DNA from: an uncultured Bacillota bacterium
Lineage (GTDB): Bacteria > Bacillota > Dehalobacteriia > UBA4068
Direction: 5' to 3'
Length of the DNA: 62,368 nucleotides
NCBI GenBank assembly: GCA_934271085.1
Contig: CAKQQU010000002.1
Coordinates: forward strand, 1 to 62,368
Position numbers and translations under genes: made by a program. Below, in pieces: positions 44,818-54,325 of this stretch. Each line of letters starts with the position of its first letter. The first letter of the stretch is position 1. The notes below the pieces were generated by a model. The model did not search any database and had not been told where the DNA came from. It saw only the letters and a program-made list of their open reading frames with translations.

Positions 44818-45483
44818 TTATCCCCAAATAAAATTTTCTTTTCCTGCGCCGAGCTCAAAATGGTATTTTACAATGCCAAGATCAATTTTCGTATATGGTC
44901 CCTTGCCTGCCTTCATGGTGATTTTGCCTTCAACATAAATGATCTTGAACTTTTGCTGATTCATGGCGGTAGGGGCCAGGAGGGCTGCTGCCGCTCCTGC
45001 TTGCAGCCATTGGGGATCATTGGCAGTTATATTGCTGACCTGTTGGATAGTCTTGCTTTTATGGGGCGTGCCCTGCGTTTTGCCGTAACCGAGGGAAATC
45101 ACAACCGTCAGTTTTTCGCCCTTATCTACCTTAAATGCACCGGGAATCTTTTTGTAGCTCATAGCTACCCAGCAGGTATTAAGCCCAAGTTGCTGCGCTT
45201 TTAATACAAGGCGTTCTCCGTAATAGCCGCATTTTTCTTCAAGGCCTTCGCATTTTTTGCCAATAAGAGCTATATAATTAGTCACGCCGCTGAATTTGCC
45301 GTAGCGGGCCATAAAGCTGTCAAAAGCCTTCGGCTCATCTGTTACAAGCTGAATATGAAGTGAGCCTTCTTTATTACAAGTATCAATTTCAGCCTGCAAT
45401 GCCTTTATAATATCTTCATCAATGGTTTTATTTGTGTACTGCCGAACGCTGTGCCGGCTTTTTATTGCTTCCAAAAGTTCCAT
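44818..45483 (-). CDS. Nitroreductase-family flavoprotein
   Basis: 221 aa. The N-terminus LEAIKSRHSVRQYTNK is typical of the family. Confidence 0.8.
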   Translation of the reverse strand: MELLEAIKSRHSVRQYTNKTIDEDIIKALQAEIDTCNKEGSLHIQLVTDEPKAFDSFMARYGKFSGVTNYIALIGKKCEGLEEKCGYYGERLVLKAQQLGLNTCWVAMSYKKIPGAFKVDKGEKLTVVISLGYGKTQGTPHKSKTIQQVSNITANDPQWLQAGAAAALLAPTAMNQQKFKIIYVEGKITMKAGKGPYTKIDLGIVKYHFELGAGKENFIWG

Positions 45484-45501
45484 TATGCATTGCCTCCTGT
45501 T

Positions 45502-45852
45502 TTATATGTTTTCTCCGTTTCGGTCAGGCAGAAGTTCCGTAATTTCCTTTGCATGGGTAAACATTAGCAAAAGATTATCCATTGCCCGGGTGTCGGCGTC
45601 AAAGTAATAATAGTTTTTGGTACCTTCCCGGCGCATTTTTATCAGTCCCGCCTCTTTCAGTATTTTCAGATGATGAGATACGGCGGGGCGTGAAAGATTT
45701 GTCCTTTCGGTAATCGCCCCTACGCGTACCCCGCCACACTGGCCCATCTGCATCATTTCCAAAATAAGATGCTGCCGGTTTTCATCGCCAAGGGCCAGCA
45801 ACATTTTCTGACACTCTTTGAATTCATCTGCCAATATCTTGATTTTTTGCAA
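45502..45852 (-). CDS. ArsR-family regulator lacking the canonical metal-site cysteines
   Basis: 116 aa. wHTH LSRPAVSHHLKILKEAGLI. 18 nt upstream of the nitroreductase gene. Confidence 0.75.
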   Translation of the reverse strand: MQKIKILADEFKECQKMLLALGDENRQHLILEMMQMGQCGGVRVGAITERTNLSRPAVSHHLKILKEAGLIKMRREGTKNYYYFDADTRAMDNLLLMFTHAKEITELLPDRNGENI

Positions 45853-45988
45853 ATTATCACAGCCTTCGGTTTGTTTGCTTAAACCATTATACCATAAGTT
45901 TTTCTAAATATTATATCGGTAAAGAAAACGTACTAATGAAAAGGCAGAACTATTATTTAATAAATGTGCGGTTTTGGTTTCTGAAGTA

Positions 45989-46024
45989 AAAAAGACAGCG
46001 AAAGACTCTTTGCGCTGTCTTTTG
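45989..46024 (+). terminator. Orphan terminator-like hairpin in a 440-bp AT-rich intergenic region
   Basis: AAAAAAGACAGCG-AAAGACTCTTTG-CGCTGTCTTTT. No annotated gene ends here on either strand. Confidence 0.55.
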
Positions 46025-46134
46025 GGGAAAACCATTATAATGAGGTGCGGGGATAATAACTATGGATATCAGCATATTATAAATACATAAACATTGTTGG
46101 CCGGCCTGGATAACTTGGTATCCGTCATAAAATT

Positions 46135-46156
46135 TTGGGTTATATTTGGGTTATAA
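46135..46156. repeat. Tandem direct repeat TTGGGTTATAT / TTGGGTTATAA upstream of the LysR gene
   Basis: Two adjacent 11-nt units read directly from the sequence. Confidence 0.6.
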
Positions 46157-46306
46157 ATATGGAATTATCTTATTTAAGATGATATAATTTATTATGTATA
46201 AATATTATATGCTGCTGTATTGTTTTTTTATGGCAGATATTTGCGATAATAAAAGCAGTTGCAAAAGCATATGGGCTGCTGATTTTCCAGTCATGTGGAG
46301 GATGAT

Positions 46307-47236
46307 ATGAATATCCAGCATTTAAAATATGTAATAGAAGTAGAGCGCACCGGTTCCATTACCCAGGCGGCGGATAATCTTTTTATGAATCAGCCCAATT
46401 TGAGCAAGGTCATCCGCGAGCTGGAAGATGAAATGGGTTTTACCATATTCAAAAGATCCAGCCGGGGCATTGAGCTGACCGCCAGGGGAGCTACCTTTCT
46501 GGATTATGCCAAGCAGATAGTTTCCCTTATGTCAGAGCTGGAATCCCTTAATAAACCTCATGATGCCGCTGCTCAGCGTTTTGCCATAGCAACGCCTATA
46601 GACGGCTGTATTGCCGAGGCTTTTATCCGTTTTTGCGCTTCGCTGGATCACAGCAAGGAGATGGAACTGAATTTTATCGAGGCCGGACTTATGGATACCA
46701 TTGACTGCGTGCTGAGCGGCAGAACTTCCTTGGGCATAATCAGGTACAAGGAAATAAATGAACCCCAGATCCTCCGTCATATCGAAGAAAAAGATCTTAA
46801 ATTCAGCCTGATCAATGATTTCGCCAGATGCCTGCTTTTTTCGTCCGACAGCCCTTTGGCGGCCAAGGAACAGCTTAGCGTGGATGATCTGGAAGATTAT
46901 GTGGAAGTGGCGCAAACTGATGTTACCATTCCTCATATAAAGAAAGCGGGTTCCGGCAGCAAAGGGGTAAAGAAGCGCATCTGGGTCTACGACAGGGCCA
47001 GTCAGCTTTCTTTATTGGCCAGGGATAAAAATTCCTATATGTGGACCCATCCGCTGCCTGCTTATCTGCTGCGCCGTTATGATCTGGTTCAGAGTCCATG
47101 CTCTTCTTCGGGAAACCGCTATAAGGATATGGTCATCTGTGAAAAGAGGCATCGGGTGACAGATCTGGAACAGAGTTTCCTGGATCAGCTTGCCCATGTG
47201 CTTGAAAAGGCGCGAAAAGAATTCGCCCAGGGTTAA
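46307..47236 (+). CDS. LysR-family transcriptional regulator
   Basis: N-terminal HTH (LKYVIEVERTGSITQAADNLFMNQPNLSKVIRELE) and a C-terminal substrate-binding domain. ATG 46307 is preferred over GTG 46295. Confidence 0.8.
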   Translation: MNIQHLKYVIEVERTGSITQAADNLFMNQPNLSKVIRELEDEMGFTIFKRSSRGIELTARGATFLDYAKQIVSLMSELESLNKPHDAAAQRFAIATPIDGCIAEAFIRFCASLDHSKEMELNFIEAGLMDTIDCVLSGRTSLGIIRYKEINEPQILRHIEEKDLKFSLINDFARCLLFSSDSPLAAKEQLSVDDLEDYVEVAQTDVTIPHIKKAGSGSKGVKKRIWVYDRASQLSLLARDKNSYMWTHPLPAYLLRRYDLVQSPCSSSGNRYKDMVICEKRHRVTDLEQSFLDQLAHVLEKARKEFAQG

Positions 47237-47294
47237 TGTAGTTTATGTGCAGGTAACCCGCCAATTATTTTTTTAAAAATATAATTTTGTTATA

Positions 47295-47328
47295 TTGGCA
47301 TATCGATATTTATATATCGATATGCCAA
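47295..47328. promoter_or_regulatory. 34-bp perfect palindrome TTGGCATATCGATAT-TTAT-ATATCGATATGCCAA upstream of rex2-hydCBA2
   Basis: The 15-bp arms are perfectly complementary. It contains two ATATCGATAT decamers, ends about 20 nt before a TATAAT at 47349-47354, and lies 64 nt before the rex2 ATG. Confidence 0.55.
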
Positions 47329-47391
47329 TTTTATATGACCGGGAAATATATAATATTGATATGAATTTTGATGGAAAGTGGGTATACTTGT

Positions 47392-48030
47392 ATGCAGCGC
47401 AAAAGCATTTCCCGTCAGGCTTTGGAAAGACTGACTACATATCTTAATTATCTGCATGGTTTGCCCGATGATTCCAAGGAGACTATCTCGGCTACCAATA
47501 TCGCGGATGCCCTGGGGATCAATCAGGTGGTTGTCCGCAAGGATCTGGCAGAGGTCAGCAGCGGCGGCCGGCCCAAAGTGGGCTATGTCAGGCATGATCT
47601 TATCCGTGATATAGAGCACAGTCTGGGATGGGACGATGTATGCAGCGCAGTACTGGTAGGTGTGGGAAACCTGGGCCGCGCCCTTCTTTCGTATAAGGGG
47701 TTTGACCAGTACGGGCTGGAAATTGTAGTTGCTTTTGACAGCAGCCGGGCGTTGCAGGGGCACACTTTCGGCCGTACCAAAGTACTTTCTCCGGCCAGGA
47801 TGGCTGATTTGTGCCGCAGGATGCGGCTGCATATCGGTATCATCACAGTCCCGGCAGAAGAGGCACAGGCTGTTTGCGATACTCTGGTCGATTGCGGTAT
47901 CCGGGCCATCTGGAACTTTGCGCCTACTCATTTATGTGTTCCGGATCATGTTATAGTTAAGAACGAGAATATGGCCGCTTCCCTTTGCGAGCTCAGCCAT
48001 GGGCTGGCAGCTCAGGATAATACAGATTAG
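47392..48030 (+). CDS. rex: Redox-sensing repressor Rex (copy 2)
   Basis: MQRKSISRQALERLTTYLNYL wHTH N-terminus. Rossmann motif VLVGVGNLGRALL. The longer track ORF starts at TTG 47368. Confidence 0.85.
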   Translation: MQRKSISRQALERLTTYLNYLHGLPDDSKETISATNIADALGINQVVVRKDLAEVSSGGRPKVGYVRHDLIRDIEHSLGWDDVCSAVLVGVGNLGRALLSYKGFDQYGLEIVVAFDSSRALQGHTFGRTKVLSPARMADLCRRMRLHIGIITVPAEEAQAVCDTLVDCGIRAIWNFAPTHLCVPDHVIVKNENMAASLCELSHGLAAQDNTD

Positions 48031-48120
48031 CGGCAATTTTATTGTGGTTTTAATGTTTTATTATTTATAGATATAAGCAATACAGAAGTTATTCGATGTA
48101 AAAATCAGGAGGGAAAAAAA

Positions 48121-48612
48121 TTGGCAACAGAAATGCTCCACAAGTTTGACAGTGTCTGCCAGATACTGGATAAGTACGACAAAGATTCCAGAAAACTGAT
48201 CCCGATACTCCAGGAAGTGCAGGAAGAGTATGGGTACCTGCCGGAAGAAGTTATGAATTACGTAGCTTCCGCTTTGGGCATCACCACAGCCAAGATCCAT
48301 GGCGTAGCTACTTTTTATGCTCATTTTACCCTGCAGCATAAAGGTAAACATATAATCAAAATCTGCGACGGAACCGCCTGCCATGTTAAGAAATCCACCG
48401 ATATTCTGGAGCGCATCCAGAATGAGCTGGGGCTGAGCAAGGATAAGGATATTACCGACGACAGATTGTTCAGTCTGGAAACTGTGGCTTGCCTGGGCGC
48501 CTGCGGCCTGGCTCCTGCTGTGGTTATCGACGATAAAGTCCACGGTCTGATGACCCCCGATTCTACTATGGAAATAATCAATGCCATAAAGGAGGCCGAG
48601 CTGAATGACTAA
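48121..48612 (+). CDS. hydC: HydC, NuoE-like 2Fe-2S subunit, copy 2
   Basis: Motifs ICDGTACHV and VACLGACGLAP. The TTG start lies 7 nt after AGGAGGG. Confidence 0.9.
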   Translation: MATEMLHKFDSVCQILDKYDKDSRKLIPILQEVQEEYGYLPEEVMNYVASALGITTAKIHGVATFYAHFTLQHKGKHIIKICDGTACHVKKSTDILERIQNELGLSKDKDITDDRLFSLETVACLGACGLAPAVVIDDKVHGLMTPDSTMEIINAIKEAELND

Positions 48613-50491
48613 TTTTGATCTGGAAGCCCACAGAAAACAATTCAGAGAAGTAATGGAACAATACAAAGCCCGTGTGGTCGTCTGCGGCGGCACCGGTTGT
48701 ATGGCCAACGGCTCCGGCGAGATCATCGAGGAGTTTCATCGCGTAATGAAGGAAAAGGGCTTAAGCTATGCCGTAGCCGAAGCCAAAGAAAAAGCAGATT
48801 GCTATATGGCCAAATCCGGTTGCCAGGGATTTTGCCAGATGGGCCCGCTGGTCACCATCTATCCTCAAGAAATGCTTTACGTTAAAGTTCGTCCCGAGGA
48901 TGTAGCCGAGATCGTTGAGACCACCCTTATCGGCGGCAAACCTGTTGAGCGCCTGCTTTACCGTGATCACGAGGGCGCTGATTCGGTAGTAAAGATCCAT
49001 GACATCCCTTTCTATGCCAAGCAGCAGCGCACCACCCTGCGTCTGTGCGGCATGATCGATGCCGAAGATATCGAGGAATACATCGGCAACGGCGGTTATA
49101 AGGCTGCCAAAAAAGCCGTTCTTTCCATGACCGACGAGGAGATCTGCCAGGATATGCTGAAATCCGGCCTGCGCGGCCGTGGCGGCGGCGGTTTCCCCAC
49201 CGGCCGTAAATGGGAATTTGCCCGGGTGCAGAACAGCGATATCAAATATGTTGTCTGCAACGGCGACGAGGGCGACCCCGGCGCATTCATGGATCGCTGC
49301 GTTATGGAAGGTACTCCCCATGCCGTTATCGAGGGCATGATCATTGCCGCCAAGGCCATCAGCGCCACTGACGGTTACATCTATGTGCGTACCGAGTATC
49401 CTCTGGCTGTTGAGCGTCTGCGCATCGCCATTGACCATGCCAGAAAAGCCGGCTTCCTGGGGGATAATGTTTTCGGTTCTGATATGCATTTTGATATCAA
49501 TATCATGGAAGGCGCCGGCGCTTTCGTCTGCGGCGAAGAGACCGCTCTGCTCCATTCCATAGAAGGCAAGCGCGGCATGCCCAGCCCCAAGCCTCCGTTC
49601 CCCGCTATCAAAGGTCTGTTCGGCAAACCTACCATCATTAATAATGTTGAGACCCTGGCTACCGTACCGGTAATCCTTAATATGGGCGCTGAAAAATATG
49701 CCTCTATGGGTACTGAAAAAGCCAACGGCACCAAGACCTTCGCCCTTACCGGCAATGTTGCTCATACCGGCCTGATCGAAGTTCCTTTCGGCGCTACCCT
49801 GCGGGATATTGTTCTGGATATCGGCGGCGGCGTTATTGATGATTTCGGCAATAATGTTGGCACTGATTTCAAAGCCGTGCAGATGGGCGGCCCCTCCGGC
49901 GGCTGCCTGACTCAGGAGCATCTGGATCTGCCCCTGGATTATGATAATCTGCTTTCCGTAGGCGCTATGGTGGGTTCCGGCGGTATGGTCGTTATCAACC
50001 AGCAGGCCTGCATAGTGCAGATAGCCCGTTTCTTCATGCAGTTCACCCAAAACGAATCCTGCGGTAAATGCGTTGTCTGCCGCGAAGGCACCCGGCAGAT
50101 GCTGGCATTGCTGGATGATATAATCGAAGGCCGCGCTACAATGGAAACTCTTGATATTCTGGAAGAGCTGGCTAAAGCCGTTAAAGTGGGCGCTCTCTGC
50201 GGTCTGGGCAAAACTGCCCCCAACCCCGTACTCTCCACTTTGAAATATTTCCGTGAAGAATACGAAGATCATATTCTCCGCGGCAAATGCCCCGCCGGCC
50301 GCTGCAAAGCTTACAGTAAGTACAGGATCAATGCTGAAAAATGCAAGAGCTGCGGTCTTTGCGCCAGAAAATGCCCTGTCAACGCCATCAGCGGCGCTAA
50401 AGGCGTTCCTTATGAAATTGATGCCGAAACCTGCATCAAGTGCGGCGCCTGCCAGGCTGCCTGCAAGTTCGGCGCAGTTCATCTGGGCTAA
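48605..50491 (+). CDS. hydB: HydB, NuoF-like subunit, copy 2
   Basis: 628 aa. Same motif set as copy 1 (GRGGGGFPTGRKW, CNGDEGDPGAF, SCGKCVVCREG, two C-terminal 4Fe-4S motifs). Confidence 0.9.
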   Translation: MTNFDLEAHRKQFREVMEQYKARVVVCGGTGCMANGSGEIIEEFHRVMKEKGLSYAVAEAKEKADCYMAKSGCQGFCQMGPLVTIYPQEMLYVKVRPEDVAEIVETTLIGGKPVERLLYRDHEGADSVVKIHDIPFYAKQQRTTLRLCGMIDAEDIEEYIGNGGYKAAKKAVLSMTDEEICQDMLKSGLRGRGGGGFPTGRKWEFARVQNSDIKYVVCNGDEGDPGAFMDRCVMEGTPHAVIEGMIIAAKAISATDGYIYVRTEYPLAVERLRIAIDHARKAGFLGDNVFGSDMHFDINIMEGAGAFVCGEETALLHSIEGKRGMPSPKPPFPAIKGLFGKPTIINNVETLATVPVILNMGAEKYASMGTEKANGTKTFALTGNVAHTGLIEVPFGATLRDIVLDIGGGVIDDFGNNVGTDFKAVQMGGPSGGCLTQEHLDLPLDYDNLLSVGAMVGSGGMVVINQQACIVQIARFFMQFTQNESCGKCVVCREGTRQMLALLDDIIEGRATMETLDILEELAKAVKVGALCGLGKTAPNPVLSTLKYFREEYEDHILRGKCPAGRCKAYSKYRINAEKCKSCGLCARKCPVNAISGAKGVPYEIDAETCIKCGACQAACKFGAVHLG

Positions 50492-50509
50492 AATCGAAAG
50501 GAGAGAGCC

Positions 50510-52492
50510 ATGACTAAATTTATTACTGTTGATAATATCAAGGTTCCCGTGGAAGGCGAGAGAAACCTTTTGGAAGTTATCCGCAAGGCCAATGTGGATC
50601 TGCCTACTTTCTGCTATCATTCCGAGCTGAGCATTTACGGTTCCTGCCGTATGTGCCTGGTGGAGATCGAAGGCCGCGGTATACAGCCGGCCTGCTCCAC
50701 TCCTCCCGATGATGGTCTGGTAGTGCATACCAATACCAAGCAGATCCGCGATCTGCGTAAGATCGTGGTAGAGCTGACTTTGGCCGATCACGAAGAAAAC
50801 TGCACCACCTGCCCTAAGAGCTGGGATTGCCGCCTGCGCAAGGTAGCTTCCTCCCTGGGCATCGAGAAAAACCGCTTCCGTAAAGTCAATGAGATCAAAC
50901 CTGTTGACTATTCCTCTCCCGCTGTAGTCCGTAATCCCAATAAATGCATCCTTTGCGGCGGCTGCACCCGTATCTGCGAAGAAGTTCAGGGAGTTGGTAT
51001 CCTGGAATTCGCCAACCGCGGAACCAAATCAAACGTTATTGCCGGTTTTGATAAACCCATGGGCGAAGTTGAGTGCGTAAACTGCGGCCAGTGCATCAAA
51101 GCCTGCCCCGTAGGCGCCCTTTCTCCCAAATATCAGATCAATGAGGTATGGGACGCAGTACTTGATAAATCCAAGACTGTGGTAGTGCAGATAGCTCCGG
51201 CCGTCCGGGTAGCCATAGGCGAATATTTTGACTATGCCCCCGGTGAGACCACTACCGGTCAAATGGTCACCGCTTTGCGGATGATGGGCTTTGATAAGGT
51301 ATATGATACCTCCTTCGGCGCTGACCTTACTGTTGTGGAAGAAGGCAAAGAGTTCCTTAAACGCTATAAGGAAGGCCGCAATCTGCCTCAGTTTACTTCC
51401 TGCTGCCCCGCCTGGGTCAAATTCGCAGAACAATATTATCCTGATATGCTGGACAATCTTTCCACCTGCAAATCTCCCCAGCAGATGTTCGGCTCTATCT
51501 GCAAAGATCAGCTCACTAAGATCCTGGGCATCGATCGCAAAGATCTGGTAGTAGTTTCCATCATGCCCTGCACCGCGAAAAAATTCGAGGCCCAGCGTCC
51601 GGAATTTTCCGTGGACGGCAATCCTGATGTTGACTATGTTATCACCACTAATGAGCTGGGCAAGATGATAAAAGGCCAGGGTATAGATTTCCGTCACCTT
51701 GAACCTTCTTCCTTTGACGTACCCTTTGGTTTCAAGACCGGCGCAGGCGTTATTTTCGGCACCAGCGGCGGCGTCAGCGAGGCTGTTCTGCGCTATGCAG
51801 CTTCTGTACTGGGAGCCAACGCCAATCCGGAAGTCACCCATGTTAAAGGCGGAGACGGCATCAATATCACCGAGACCGAGCTGGGCGATATCAAGCTTCG
51901 TCTGGCAACCGTAAGCGGTCTGGCCAGCGCCCGCAAAGTGCTGGAAATGGTCAAGAACGGCGAAGAGCATTTTGATCTGATCGAAGTTATGGCCTGCTGC
52001 GGCGGCTGCATCAACGGCGGCGGTCAGCCTGCCAGCTATATCAATGACCGGGTCAAGGCTGAACGTACTGCCGGTCTGTATAAAAACGGCAAGCAGCAGT
52101 TGCTCAGCTCTTCCGAGCAGAATCCTTATGTAAATAAGCTTTACAGCGAAGATCTCAGCGATGAGCATAAGGCCCATGAATTGTTCCATACCGGTTATGG
52201 CAGCCGTCGCCGTATGAAAGCTGATTCTCTTGTCCTTAATGAGGCCGAGAACAAGAAGGTGGAGATCAGCATCTGCTTTGGCACAAGCTGCCTGGTCCAC
52301 GGCGCCGAGGCCCTTTACGACCGCATCTGCAAATATCTGGAAGGTAACGACATCGCGGCAAAGACCGAGGTAAAAGCTCACTTCTGCACCGAGCGCTGCA
52401 CCCGCGGCCCTGTGGTCATCGTCAATGGTGAAGTTATCGAACATGCTACCTATGAATTGGTAACTGCTGCTATAGAGAAGGCTCTTGCTTAG
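50510..52492 (+). CDS. hydA: [FeFe]-hydrogenase catalytic subunit, copy 2, with an extra C-terminal thioredoxin-like 2Fe-2S domain
   Basis: 660 aa. H-cluster motifs TSCCPAW, MPCTAKKFE, EVMACCGGCINGGGQP. About 95 extra C-terminal residues with Cys contexts ISICFGTSCLV and HFCTERCTRGP. Confidence 0.9.
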   Translation: MTKFITVDNIKVPVEGERNLLEVIRKANVDLPTFCYHSELSIYGSCRMCLVEIEGRGIQPACSTPPDDGLVVHTNTKQIRDLRKIVVELTLADHEENCTTCPKSWDCRLRKVASSLGIEKNRFRKVNEIKPVDYSSPAVVRNPNKCILCGGCTRICEEVQGVGILEFANRGTKSNVIAGFDKPMGEVECVNCGQCIKACPVGALSPKYQINEVWDAVLDKSKTVVVQIAPAVRVAIGEYFDYAPGETTTGQMVTALRMMGFDKVYDTSFGADLTVVEEGKEFLKRYKEGRNLPQFTSCCPAWVKFAEQYYPDMLDNLSTCKSPQQMFGSICKDQLTKILGIDRKDLVVVSIMPCTAKKFEAQRPEFSVDGNPDVDYVITTNELGKMIKGQGIDFRHLEPSSFDVPFGFKTGAGVIFGTSGGVSEAVLRYAASVLGANANPEVTHVKGGDGINITETELGDIKLRLATVSGLASARKVLEMVKNGEEHFDLIEVMACCGGCINGGGQPASYINDRVKAERTAGLYKNGKQQLLSSSEQNPYVNKLYSEDLSDEHKAHELFHTGYGSRRRMKADSLVLNEAENKKVEISICFGTSCLVHGAEALYDRICKYLEGNDIAAKTEVKAHFCTERCTRGPVVIVNGEVIEHATYELVTAAIEKALA

Positions 52493-52516
52493 TTATCGAT
52501 CTATCTGTTATACTGA

Positions 52517-52551
52517 GGGCGAAGACAGTTATTGTCTTCGCCCTTTTCTTT
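52517..52551 (+). terminator. Strong intrinsic terminator after hydA copy 2
   Basis: GGGCGAAGACA-GTTAT-TGTCTTCGCCC followed by TTTTCTTTTT. Confidence 0.85.
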
Positions 52552-52600
52552 TTGTATATTATTTGTTCCCAAAATAGCGCTTGATTCGGGGGAGCTGTTT

Positions 52601-54325
52601 ATGACCAATATCATTGAATCAATTTCTACCAACTGTCAGGATTGTTACAGATGCGTCCGCGCCTGTCCGGTAAAGGCCATCCGTATTTCCCATGCTCAGG
52701 CTAAAATAGTAGACAGTTTGTGCGTTCATTGCGGTGTTTGCGTCAGAGAATGTCCCAAAAAGGCCAAGATCACAATATCCCAGCTGGCTGAAGTAAGAGA
52801 GCTGCTCCATAGCGGCGCTATGGTAGCGGCTTCGGTAGATCCTGCTTTTGCCGCCCGCTTCCCCGGCTGGAAACAGTTGCGTTTGCCTTCTGCCCTGCGC
52901 TTGCTGGGCTTTGCCCATGTGGCGGAAACTGCGGAAGGCGTTCAGTTGGTGGCCAAGGAAGCGGCTCGCCTGCAAGGCAGTGGCCATTGTCTCAGTACCG
53001 CCTGTCCGGTAGTGGTGGAATATGTGGAAAAATATCGCCCTGAATATCTGGATATGCTTTTGCCGCTGGTATCGCCTATGATAGCTCATGGCCGCCTGCT
53101 AAAGCAGCGTTACGGCGCGGCTTGCAGAGTGGTGTTCATTGGCCCCTGTACAGCCAGAAAGCAGGAAGCCCGGAGAGCGGAATATAAGGGTGTCATCGAT
53201 AATGTGCTGACCTTCGACGAGTTGGCAGATTGGCTGGATGAGGAAAATATTGATTTGGCTCATTGTGAAGAAAGCGGTTTTGAAAGCTATGGCGATCTGG
53301 CCAAGGCCCGGCTTTTCCCTATCAGCGGAGGTTTGCTGAAAATCAGTTGCGGATATGCTGATGCTACCGATACACAGCAACTGCTTATCAGCGGTAATGA
53401 AGATATGCAGGAGCTGCTGGATATGCCTGCCAGTCAATGGGGCTGCTCTTTGGCGGAGGCTTTGTTCTGCCGGGAAGGCTGTATAAACGGCCCCTATTTC
53501 AGCCCGTCAGGGGAATGTGGTAATATTTTCAGCCGGCGGCAGCAGATACTGGATTACAGTTCCAGCGCAGGGTCTTTGCCGGCTTTGCCTGACAGCCAGC
53601 CTCATCTGGAAGCAGTGTTTCATGCTGACCCGGTTTGGGGCGATGAAGTGGCGGAAAGAGATATAGACCGGGTGTTCGAGCAGACTGATAAAAGCAATCC
53701 TGAGCTGCAGCTCAACTGCGGCGCCTGTGGCTATGACAGCTGCCGGGATAAGGCGGTGGCAGTGCTGCGGGGCATGGCCGAGCCCCAGATGTGCATGCCT
53801 TTTATGCGGCGGCAGGCTGTAAAGAGGGCGGATAAGATCATTGAGGCCAGCCCCAGCGCCTTTGTACTGCTGGATAATGAGCTTAAGCTGCTTCATTTCA
53901 ATCCGGCCTTTGCCAGAATGTTTCATTGCGGAAAGGAGATGCTGGGCCGCCGTCTTTCCTCTATTCTGGATGATTCCGGCTTTGAGGAATTGGTTGCCGG
54001 TTCCGCCGCCCGCTGTGAGGCAGTCAAGGAAAAAAATGGCTTCCATTATCAGGAGCTGCTTTATTCTTTGCCGGAGGATGGGCAGTATGTGGGAGTTTAC
54101 ACGGATCTTTCCCAGAACAAGTATGATGAAAAACAACTGGATCACTTTAAGCAGCAGGCGGTAAAACAGGCCCAGGAACTGTTAGATCATCAGATTCGTT
54201 TTGCTCAGGAAATGGCTAATTTTCTGGGTCGCAGCACAGCCCAGAATGAAGAGATGGTGCGCCAGCTTATCGAGATCTGCGACTTTGACAGCGCTCAGGC
54301 AGAGGACGGAGGCGGTCAGCAGTGA
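52601..54325 (+). CDS. hydS: Sensory [FeFe]-hydrogenase-like protein (HydS/HfsB type, group C) with a C-terminal PAS domain
   Basis: 574 aa counted from ATG 52601 (RBS GGGGGAG). Two N-terminal ferredoxin motifs. Degenerate H-cluster motifs STACP (instead of TSCCP), GPCTARKQE (instead of MPC) and FCREGCINGP. A CGACGYDSC four-Cys motif followed by a PAS-like segment. Confidence 0.8.
   Translation: MTNIIESISTNCQDCYRCVRACPVKAIRISHAQAKIVDSLCVHCGVCVRECPKKAKITISQLAEVRELLHSGAMVAASVDPAFAARFPGWKQLRLPSALRLLGFAHVAETAEGVQLVAKEAARLQGSGHCLSTACPVVVEYVEKYRPEYLDMLLPLVSPMIAHGRLLKQRYGAACRVVFIGPCTARKQEARRAEYKGVIDNVLTFDELADWLDEENIDLAHCEESGFESYGDLAKARLFPISGGLLKISCGYADATDTQQLLISGNEDMQELLDMPASQWGCSLAEALFCREGCINGPYFSPSGECGNIFSRRQQILDYSSSAGSLPALPDSQPHLEAVFHADPVWGDEVAERDIDRVFEQTDKSNPELQLNCGACGYDSCRDKAVAVLRGMAEPQMCMPFMRRQAVKRADKIIEASPSAFVLLDNELKLLHFNPAFARMFHCGKEMLGRRLSSILDDSGFEELVAGSAARCEAVKEKNGFHYQELLYSLPEDGQYVGVYTDLSQNKYDEKQLDHFKQQAVKQAQELLDHQIRFAQEMANFLGRSTAQNEEMVRQLIEICDFDSAQAEDGGGQQ

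Noticed and set aside
48761-50791. 676-aa ORF antisense to hydB copy 2. Similar cases are 51029-52444 antisense to hydA2, 32443-33663 and 32246-33097 antisense to hydA1/hydB1, 12209-13237 antisense to the GT gene and 47290-47931 antisense to rex2.
   Set aside because: The sense-strand products carry complete, highly conserved cofactor motifs. The antisense translations are low-complexity (Ala/Gly/Ile-rich) with no motifs or RBS. Long shadow ORFs of this kind are expected opposite genes with this codon bias.
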